Positions 39,365 through 51,781 of a DNA stretch of 64,000 nucleotides are shown here, piece after piece. The stretch is from the NCBI GenBank assembly GCA_038496445.1, contig JALMLS010000320.1, positions 186,001 to 250,000 of the forward strand. The letters are read 5' to 3'. A model generated the notes under the pieces. That model was not told the origin of the DNA. It was given only the letters and a program-made list of their open reading frames with translations, and did not search any database. Each line of letters starts with the position of its first letter. Within the stretch, counting starts at the first letter, position 1. The DNA comes from Trichosphaerium sp. ATCC 40318. Taxonomy: Eukaryota > Protista > Tubulinea. Made by a program: the position numbers and the translations under genes.

Positions 39365-41332
39365 CTAGTTTATTTTTTTTGGCTTTTTCTTCAAGCACAA
39401 ACCAACACTTGGTTCAATATGTACGCCATCAGAATGCCAGCTCATTCCTCCGATGAAAGAGTTGGAATATTCTTTAATGAGTATAGAACCATCCAAATCA
39501 CCGCCAAGATCGGCAAGCTGAAAAAACTCAATTAAACAAACACAAGGTAACGTATGCGCTTGGCAGCAAAAATTTGCGTACTGGTAGCATATGTGCTGTT
39601 GCAGTTGTACTCAATCTTGATGCAACCATCATACCAAACCATACCTTAACACAACAGGTTACTTATAAAATAACAAGAAAAAATTATACCTTCAGGTTTG
39701 CTTTTCTTGCAGCGATCACAGCTCTATCATTACCTTTGTAAGTACATATTGAACAGGCTTTATCATTATGTATTACCTTATGGCTTCTCTATAACCTCCA
39801 GTTTTATCTAGCTTGATATTTACACCATGAACAAAGTCCTATTTAAGTAACATTACTAAAAAAACTTGACTTAAACGACGCACTTTGAGTCTTTCAACAT
39901 CTGCTGATGTTGATACTGTCTCATCTGCGTATATCAGTACACCAAGTTTCCTGCAAATGACCGTCAACTTAAGTAATGCATGTAAAATATAAGAGTACCC
40001 ATAAGCTTCTTTGACTTTTATCCATGAAGCCACATCTTCATCTTTCTAAACATTTTTTTTTAGCTTCACAAGACCCATTTTGGCAATGTTGACAAAACGT
40101 ACTACTACAACTGGAAACGGTTGTTCAACCATGTATAGTACATCTTTATATTTTTCAATAACGTCAAGATACGCCATAGCAGTATCAACACTCCAAGCGG
40201 CACTTTGAAAGTGTTGTCAGATTTCAATACAATAATGTTGTTCTACTTACTTTGCATCTATAGTCCACTATTTATTGACATTAGAATCATTAGGTGACGA
40301 AAATAACATGTGCTTACCTTGTATTTGGTGATATTTCTAGATTTATAGAGGTCATTCAGTGCCGCTAGTATCTTTTCTCCTTCATTTTTTGGTTAAACTT
40401 TGAGTGATTTTTCTTGGTATTGTTTTTTGTTCATTACCTCTTTCGACTTCATGATTAAGTTTAACCTTTATGTAAGCTGTATGTTCTAAACCACATTTAG
40501 CAGATTCCATAATCTTACTAATATCATCATTTAAAGCTGCTGTATAGAACGAAGGCTTTGGAATATAAGTATCAATACCAATGAGCTTATAAACAGGGAC
40601 TTTCAATAACTTTCCAAATATATCAAATAAAGCAAGCTATCACGTGATAAGTACACAGGTACATGTTTTTCTATCAACCTAAAAGTAATAAATCATTACC
40701 TCAAAAGCATTCCTGAATACACGTTGCTCTGGTTTCAATACAGTGCGGTCTAGAATCTATTTGTATAAGTCAACTTTTTACTGTTTTCTTCTTCCAAAAA
40801 AAACGTGCCTCCACCAAAAAGTGTAACATTGAATACTCTTTCTTAATACTATCTGCTACCGAAGAGTTCCGTAGGAGGTTAAAATACGGTTCTGGAAACT
40901 CGTTAAATGATTTGTGAGGAGCAATTGTTGGTTTATATTCTGAAAGGCTGGAGGACAGCTGTTGATATCAATTAGGTGCTATAAACGCTAAATCACGGAC
41001 GTTTGCTAGATATTTTGTGAAACAATCAGTTACATCGTCATAATTTGCTAAATAGCAATGAGGCTTCTTTGGAGGAAGTCCACACTCTCCAAAACCGCTA
41101 AAATCACCAACCTAAATACGTTTTAGCGTTTATTTGTCAAGAAACGTACTTGAAGTGTCAAAAGTGCATTTGATCGCTTGTTAGTACTAGAGTGGCTCGT
41201 TCTAGAGGAGTTATATCATCTTTACAATTAAAGCCGTCTGTACCCAAATTCCCAAGCTAGATCCAATTCGTACGCTTCCACAGAAAGAAACAAACGCGGT
41301 CTCAATCCTTTTGCTGGAAATTCACGCTGCAT
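39365..41332 (-). CDS. Enolase-superfamily (MLE subgroup) L-Ala-D/L-Glu dipeptide epimerase-like protein
   Basis: FGTSHSST, GFGECG, IKVKL (KxK), IDANSAW, MVEQP, ADETV, VNIKLDKTGG and DLDG motifs. Confidence 0.85.
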
Positions 41333-41439
41333 GGTATTATTTATTCAACAAAATACAAAATTGGTAAAAGTCAAGGAGTTTTTTGGTTAAGCACCGAAAT
41401 CCATTTTTTGTCGAGAAGTCAATTCATGTTGACCAGAAA

Positions 41440-42040
41440 TAGCTACCACATCTGATTGCAAGCTACACCAACTAATGCTGTAACTCCCACATCTGTAACG
41501 CGGGTTCACCTAAGTCGAACGTAGCACAGACAAAGCTTTGAAGCCAATGTCAGTACTAACATTTGAAACAGATCAATTGTATGAGCACCTGCCAGGCTGT
41601 TACACTTGCATCCGTGATGAGTATACATCTACCTAAACGTATAGTGTGTAATACTCTAGCACGGAGAGCAAAGAGAGCGCAATATCAGTTATTACTTCTG
41701 AGGCATGTAAACTGATGCTCGGTATACAAGAAAGTACTTTAAGGTACCTCTTTTTTTCCAAGAAGGTGACTGATGCGGATGCTCTTGAGGTTTCACAAGC
41801 TACACTATTTCGGAGTCTGTACTACTCGGATAATCTAGTAAGCTAAGTGACTAACACCTCAAATAGATAGCATCCCTTTATCTGTCACGTGTTTTGTACC
41901 AACACTTTCAATAAAGTCGACATGTGAAATTAAAGCAAGGTCTTGGAAGTAGCAAGTATTTTTGTGTTTTTTAATATTGGGCTTTTGAAAGGCGAGCAAA
42001 GCAAGCTGTTGAATTAACAACAAAGTGACCATATCCAACA
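41440..42040 (-). pseudogene. Decayed LRR gene related to the F-box-LRR at 59119
   Basis: Frameshifted fragments VTDKGM, LHTIRLGRCILITDASV, LAGAHTIDL, TDIGFKALS and VTDVGVTALVGV match the ITDxGxxxLAGVHTIxL repeat. Confidence 0.65.
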
Positions 42041-42187
42041 TGATAGCACGTCAAAGAAGTGCTCTCCGAAACATGGACTTGCGATTTTCGACTCACTAAA
42101 GCGAGTACATTGTTATTGACGTCAATGAATGTCAACAAACTTTCAAAGAAAATGTTTTTCAAGTCAAATACCTTAAAAGTAAACCAA

Positions 42188-43206
42188 ATGGACACAAGAG
42201 AAGAATACTCGTACACAGCCTACCTAGCTGAACAGGTATGCCATATTAAAAGCCTTATTTGCACAAGATGGCATTGTATGGCCTCTCTTATTGGGCAGTT
42301 AGCTAAAATTTGCAGGAAAGCGAAAACAAACAAGCAATAAACAAACTTTAGGCAGAGGATTATTCAGAGATGGTTGAAGCAGTTAAAAAAATAGCTTGTG
42401 GTGGTTTTGAACTGTCGATTGAGGAGCGTAACTTGTTCTCTGTAGCGTACAAAAACGTGGTAGGTACGTATGAGTCACTACTCTAATGGATTTAAAATAT
42501 TGATTGTACTGGGGTAGGTGCAAGGCGAGCAGCATGGCGCTTTGTGTCGTCCTTTCAAACCAAACAATTTGAAAGGTAAGCTACTTTTTATTTCTTTCCA
42601 CTTGTCTTCTCTTACCCTTGTTTCTATAATAGCAATGAGAGTGTATATACGATAACTATAATAAATACATACCTCAGAAAGATAGAAGAAGAGATCAAAG
42701 ACCTTTGCAATGAAGTTATAGGTATTCTAACAACAGAAATTTTACCCAAATGTTCAACAATTCAGTCAACTGTATTTTATATGAAAATGAAGAGCGACTT
42801 TCTTCGCTACGTGGCCGAAATAAGTATTGGTGATGAGCGTACAAGTGCTACTAACAATGCTTTTGAAGTTTACAATCAAGCCATCAAGATTGGTAGAAGT
42901 AACATGCGACCAAGTAACCCTTTACTCCTTGGCCTTTTATTGAGCTATTGTGTATTTCTACATGACATTTTGAACAATCCTACTGAAGCTTGTGCTATTG
43001 CCAGGAGAGTCTTTGATGATGCATTAGATTGTTATGATAGAGAACTTGATCATGATACATACAAAGAGACTAATATTATTCTTCAACTTCTAAGAGAAAA
43101 CTTATCATTATGGACATCAAACGATGATAAATATGAGAAGAGAGTTGAAATATATCACACTCATGGCCTGACAAGTGCAAAGGATTACATGGTTCCAAAC
43201 ACTTAA
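42188..43206 (+). CDS. Divergent 14-3-3 protein
   Basis: [52 protein letters not shown] and [14 protein letters not shown], in 4 exons. Confidence 0.92.
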
Positions 43207-43305
43207 CCCAGTAAGCAGGAACATATATCTGTTGTAACCTCTTGATTACTTAATTTACAACCAAGTTACATATCAATGGTGTTCTGCTTAAAGCTACATT
43301 TGGTA

Positions 43306-43361
43306 ACAACACTTTTAGTTTGTTGGACTTGGCACAACACTTTTAGTTTGTTGGACTTGGC
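43306..43361. repeat. Perfect 28-bp tandem duplication
   Basis: ACAACACTTTTAGTTTGTTGGACTTGGC occurs twice in tandem downstream of the 14-3-3 gene. Confidence 0.95.
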
Positions 43362-43894
43362 CCTTTGAGTAGCGTAAACTTTGAAAGAAACGTTTTATTT
43401 AGGGCAAAGAATCATAAACAATATACCATAGTTTCGAGTGTAGAGCTAAACTCCGGTTTTGTCTGTTTGATGCTTCTCTAAACCTCTATAAGTTCTTGAT
43501 AAATAGCAAACAGTAAGCGGAGATTGCAAAAATTACGTACCTGGTGCTATCGTATGCAATCGTTTGTATCACGTGCCAGTCTAGCGGAGTACTTTTCGCT
43601 TCAAGCTTAGTAGCGCTAGTAATTGTGACTTATTTATTAAAACTCCGTTACTCTTTACCATATTAGTGTTACGGTGAACACTAAACTTGCTTTATCCCTA
43701 CGAAAGTCTCGTTATCCTATTCATTAGTTTTTCGAATAAAAAAAAGCCGTTTGTGAGTTTTTGTACTTGATGTCGTAATAAAATTAAACCTAGCATTTAA
43801 AATCTAACGTCAACAACCATCAAAGTATCTTACAAAAAGATAACCACGAAAAATCAAGCGTCACGTGACATCAAAACAGAGAGCGACACAAAAA

Positions 43895-46563
43895 ATGGTT
43901 TTTGTTTTAATTGTTTTATTATCATTCCACCTTTGCTCAGTAAACGCTCTTACAGGTACTCACGAGTCCTTATACACCTCTATTTAATCAGCTATAACTT
44001 ATGTAAATTGAATAAATGCTCTAACTCTTGTTCGAGCGTATTTAACCAACAAACAGCGCTAAGACACCTTTAGTTGTCACATCAATGGGACATACTTGCG
44101 CCGATGATTTATCATGCTACACAAGGATCCCTCAAGTATCTAACATTCTATTGAGTAGTTTTATACATACTTTTAACGGAAATATAACACTCAGTACATC
44201 TCTGACGATCGAATCAGGTGATAAACATACCAAAAACAAAATTCTGACAAATTCAATTACCTTTTTGTTAGTCCTTTTTACCTTACTCACAAGCTATTTC
44301 TGTCACGTGAGAATATCTAATTTATTTAGCCTATGCAACAAAATCGATAAATATCACGTGTTCTCAAGAAAGTATGGACGTTGACATGAGTAACTCCAAT
44401 TTAGTATTGAGTCGACTTTCCGTACGAGGTTGTCAACTGAATATCAGAAACGTTGGAAATCTTGACATTTCGTAAGCAAAAACCCTTTTGACTCAAATCC
44501 ACTCACCAACTTTAGTTCAAGCTCATTTGGTTCGTTTATTTCAGATGCTAGAAAGGTAATGAACTATGGAGCTATGGCTATTTCTAGATGGTATGTCATA
44601 GCCAACTCACCACTTTTCATGCTAATAGAGGGTTGCGACTAGTGCCAACATTACAATCAGTTCAACGGAGTTTTCTCGAAATAATCTTAAAAATCTTCAA
44701 GATAGTACTACTTTTGGTGGTGGACTACATGTTGTGGATAGCAACTCACTTATTGTAAAAGAATGCTTATTTCACTCTAATACTATAAGTTCTGACAAAA
44801 TTAATCTTGGAGATAGAATAGGCGGTAAGCAAACAAAAAATTATGAAACGATTTTGACATTATTCATTGTGTTAGGTGGAGGTTTATATGTCAAATCCCT
44901 TCAACAGGTCTGAACTTATAGAAAGTTTCTGCTTTTATTTGAATTAAATATTGGATTAGGTTACTATTGATGATAGCAAGTTCAGAGAAAATAACCTCTA
45001 TTTTGGTGATACAAGTACGTAAACAAAGAAATGAGACTATTGGCGTGAGTTACATTTATTAACACACTTAGACTCTGATACTACTTGTGGTGGAGCACTA
45101 TATGTCGATGAGGATGTGGTCAATACAGAGATAAGGCGTTGTGCTTTTGAAGATAATTCAATATCATACTTTAATCCAAGCTCTCACATAGCCCAAGGTA
45201 GGTTATTGTTAAATAGATTGGCCTTAATTAATTTTATGGTAATAGGTTGTAGTATTTATGCCGCTTCACAAGTATTGATAGAAGACACAATCATAAAAGG
45301 GAGTAATTGTAATGCGTAAGCAAGGGAATTACATTAATCTACTTCTTACTTTTTTCTGTTTCCAGAAGCTTAAACCAAGGAGTTGCAGTCTACACAACAG
45401 ACAATATGACTCTCATGTACGTTGTAACAAAGTATTTAAAAGCGTTGACTAATTATGGTTTGCAGAAATTCAGTCATTGTTGATTCAAGTACGAGCCGTT
45501 ATTTCACTTTGTTTAACAAAGAAACATGGATTAACTTACCGTTAAAAAAAAAAGGTCAAACTGGTCCAATACTGCAATGTGCTCCTACTCAATCATCTAT
45601 GGATACTTTGAACTCAATTTTATGCTCAGACAACCTTTCCATTTCTTGTCCAGGACTTAGTACGCCAAATAGCTTTTAACATCTTGGCTGCATTAACACA
45701 CAAACATAGGAAACGGTCCAACTTCTTGTGATAATTGTGGATCAGGTTCATGTTGCTCAGGTGCATTATCCAATATGGCTACTCAATATTGATATCAGAC
45801 TATAGAATCTGTTTCCTTTCAGTTTGAAGGCTTTGATACTTGCTTTATACCACTGCCTACAAGTCCACCAACTTTTTCACAGCCAACAATGTTTGTTGCA
45901 ATGCCTACAAGTACTATCTTCAAAGTTCAACCCTATTCAACTTATGAGAACCTCTAGTGTCCCTTGATTTTATAGTTACTGATACGCTCACTGTTCTAAG
46001 CCAAGAGTTCACAGTACAAGGTAACAAACTCAAAACAAAATATTATACAATCATGTACTGGTTCTGTTTTAACACCGATCTCTGGCTAGGTGATATCATT
46101 TTTTTGAATGGTTCTACACTTGAAGTCAATAGTGATTCACGCATAATCGTTGGAGGTTGTCCACAATTCAATGGAGCAGTAACATTTGATATAACAACGG
46201 TTGCCAATATAAATGTGATTTAACAATCTAACTAAGTTTGTTGTAGCTATCGGCGGATCCTATTCCTTTGTTTGTCTTCAGCGATGCGTGCGTTGTATCT
46301 GATACTATTGATACTTCAGGGATCACCTTGACTGAACCAAACTCATGCCTCTTACTCGGTACTCGTTTACAAAGTTCAACATTCCTTCTAACATTGCAAC
46401 AGAGAAGAACAAATTGAGCGTTTTGCTCAATACATGTAATAGTGGAACAGAGTCAGATGGCTTCCCTACTTGGGCTATTATTCTTGTTGCTGTTATTGCA
46501 GGTGCATTAGTGATTGCGCTCTTAATAACATTTGGGTACAGTTGGTACTACATGAACATGTAA
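43895..46563 (+). CDS. Single-pass surface protein with beta-helix (Pmp-like) repeats and a Cys-rich segment
   Basis: Signal peptide MVFVLIVLLSFHLCSVNA, F-x-x-N...GGGL/GGAL repeats, and a C-terminal TM PTWAIILVAVIAGALVIALLITFG. Confidence 0.7.
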
Positions 46564-47099
46564 TACAATAAAACAAATCCCTATGAAAATAGAAACTTTG
46601 ATACAATGTTAGATATATGTGTAGGAAATTATAGTGTGTTACAGCAATTATACGATGTTTCTCAATTACTTTTTTGTTTTTGGAGCATGACGGTTTGTCA
46701 AAAAATTAGTTGATCTTGGTTTCTGATTTGTTCTAGAGGTAAATGCAAAATCGGGATTATTATACTGAACCCTCACTCTTCTGGCTCGCTACTAAAAAGA
46801 TACACAATATTTAACAATCTAAACGTCCTTATACACTACTGAGCTATCGTTATTTACCTGAATTTGACCGAACAATAAAAGAGACTGATTTTAGGCAGCT
46901 GTTTAGCTAGTTGCACCCAGTATTTTTTTGAAAGTTCATAAACTGGCATCTTTTGAAATTGACAATTTTCAAGCGTTTGCAATGCTCTGTCTGGATATGT
47001 ACTCTACTCAAGGCTTATGAACATCAAAAGGCAAACTACCACTGTGTTCTCACAAATGATTCATTTTTTTATTAATAGATGCGGTTGTTTGCTCAAAGA

Positions 47100-48862
47100 T
47101 TACTTTTTAGCGATGGTACACGTGCACATTTCTCCACGGTATCCTACATGGAATGTAGCTCCTGGGTATCCTCTGGAAATGAAGTAACAATACCATTCAT
47201 CTGTTTCACATTGAATATCGCCACCTGAATCAGGGATCACAGCACATGGGAAAATAGCACAGCTTAACAAACACATAAGTCAATGAACGGCCGGTCGAAA
47301 AAAAAAATAGAGAAAATCACTGTGATCTTATTTAGAAAGCTGAAACGTACTCGCAAGCGCCGTTAATGATGCGAGGGGAAATGCAAACCAAGTCCATTGG
47401 TGGTGGCATCGTTGGAGGGACTGTTGTTGGAGGAAGTGTTGTTGGAGCAAGGGTTGGTGGAACTGTTGTTGGAGGGTTTTGGATAACAAGTGATGTTGGC
47501 GTTGGAGGTTCGCAGAAATCATCAGTACCAGATCTAAAATTTTAAGTGAATATAATTGGACATTGGTGAAAAGAGGCCAAGAAAGAAAAAAAAAAGCGCT
47601 CACCTGTCGCCACCAGAGTGAGAAAGAATTGGGAACATATCGTCTGTGATTGGTGTTCTGATTGTTCCTTGGATATTATCGACTTGACCACTGCCAGTCA
47701 ACTCAACGTTGACCATACAGACAACTTCTTCTCCATCTACCAGTTCGCCATTGAACTCTAGTGCGTTATTGTTTACTGTTTGTCCGGTCTGTGCAAAGAA
47801 GTTAGATACGAAAAAACCGCATTCAGTTAGGAAAAAAATACTGTTACGTACGACTTGTCCTGATCCCATACACATAACTGATGCTTCATCCATATCACCA
47901 AAGGTGTCGTCGAATTCAAAGGAAGCTTCGAACGTTTGGAGATCAGCAGGGATAGATTCGTAGTTGGAGCAAGTGAGCGATAATTTGATATTATCTCCTA
48001 CGGTCAAGCTATTAATATCGGCTCCACCAAGCGCTTCAACTGTGTGGCTAAACAAGAGTTAGTCAAATGAGGTTCTTTGCTGAAAATAAAAAACACGTGA
48101 CAAAAACGTGATAAAGTTGTGTTTTTTTTTTTGAGTTCGTTTTGATTGGCTGTTGTAGACGTACTAGCAAGAGATAGATGGTTGACAGCAAACGTATTGA
48201 ACGTTAACGTCTACGTTAGCGTCAGTACCAATGACATCAAAGTTGACAGAAGTGACATCACGGTAAGAGCTTGGATCGCCTTCATATTGAATACATACAT
48301 CGGTTGGGTCTCTAATATCAACAGGAAGTGGCAAGGCAGAAATCAAAGTTCCAGCACTGGCACTTTCAACTTCGACGGCCAAAGTCACAGCGTTATCAGC
48401 TTCGATAACGCGGATGTTCCAGCAATCTAACAAAAAGAAAGTAAGAAAAAAAAAAAAGATACGTCGGAGATCTGGTACAGAAAAGAATCTAAATGGGAAT
48501 AAAGTGAAGTAATATAACGTACCACACCCGTAACGGTTGAAGTTAATAGCTGGATCGAACCCAGTACCAGCAGGACCAGCGTAACGAGCTCTACAGCGTC
48601 CAACGACTGTAACATCGGTACTGAGGGCGAAGAAATTACTGACAATTGTACAAGAGGCTTCTAAAGAGTTTGCGCTACCCTCTGATCTTGTTACAGTCAA
48701 AGTACGCATGTCTCCAAGGATTCCAGCTCCAGTCACTATGTCGGTGACTTCTGGATTGACCTCATTGGCTGTTGCTTGCGAAAACGTTTCAAAAGTATCA
48801 AGTTGGTCTTGTGCCAATGAAACAGCAAGTAATACAGCTATACAAAGTAGGAGAAGCTTCAT
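47100..48862 (-). CDS. Secreted multidomain protein, paralog of 4267-5940
   Basis: MKLLLLCIAVLLAVSLA, ILGDMRTL, YVCCQP, LTVGDNIKLSLTCSNY, a PPTT linker and a Cys-rich tail. Confidence 0.8.
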
Positions 48863-49639
48863 TCTTCTTTGTGGCGCAGATTTATTATGTTGTTTCTGTT
48901 TGTATCTAAAATCTCGCGTTGATTGTGATCTTTATGTGTGTACGCAGCAGAATAACTTAATTTTTTTTAGCAAGAAGACCTCTATTTTTATCGTGGGATA
49001 CACCTACGCTCCCCACGTGGCACACGCATGGTTTTTATAATTTCGTACGATGTAAACTTAGAAAATACACCGGAGATATGCCCGTTGCTTTTCTACGCCA
49101 ACAGAACTTCGCAGCAATGCAAAACGCAAAGAAAAAGATACAAGTGTTTTTGTTACACAACACAAGATACAATGGATACGTTGTGTCTAAAACCTATTTT
49201 TTTAGGTTTGTTCCTACCACTTACAATGTTAACTCCTAGTTACAAACGGGCAAAAGGTAATCTTCACTGGTGTTAATGTGTACTATATCTGTTCCAGATA
49301 GTAATGTGAACCCAAAAATACCGGTGGAGCATTGGGATAAGGGCGAAAGTATAATTAAAGACATCTTTCAAAATCTCTGCGTATGATATCACGTGTAGTC
49401 TTATTATTATAACGTCTCGCCAAAAACTTTGTCTACAGCGCAGTTTTCGGAAATATACGGCGTAGAATTCACGCAACAAGACAAACAACAAATGCAAATA
49501 AGTTTTGATGAGTCAGTTTTTGAACAAGTTCGAAACGCTGTGAAGAAATCTGACTTTTTTTATAAGTTTTTTGAACCTCTTGCTTATTTTCAGCATCACT
49601 ACGCTTATCCTATATATTAACTCGCTTTTAAACTAAAAT

Positions 49640-51419
<1,780 letters not shown>

Positions 51420-51781
51420 AGGTCTTTTAATTGATATCAACAAGCGATAAGCATGTATGTAAAAAAAAAAAAAATCTGATTTCACGCAACAGATGTCAAT
51501 TAAGCTTATTCTCCTACTACAACAATAACTCTGTTTCTCGAGTGTCTTGTCTGCCACAGTTTAGGTTATCCCTTTCAATGGCATTACAGACGAATTCATA
51601 CATGTATCATCCTTGCTCACTTTTTATTGTAAGTACGCTCAATATGTTTGCTGCGCGTAGGAGAGCACAGCGGTAGTACTTAGATAATCTTTGCAACTTG
51701 GCGAAGGGATTGAATAAATTTCATAAAAACGCTCGTAAATATTTGCTAATTCTCTGCGAACGACAACTCAACAAATAAACT

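Noticed and set aside
43306-43361. 28-bp repeat as a CRISPR array
   Set aside because: Only two adjacent copies with no spacer, in a eukaryotic context with no cas genes.
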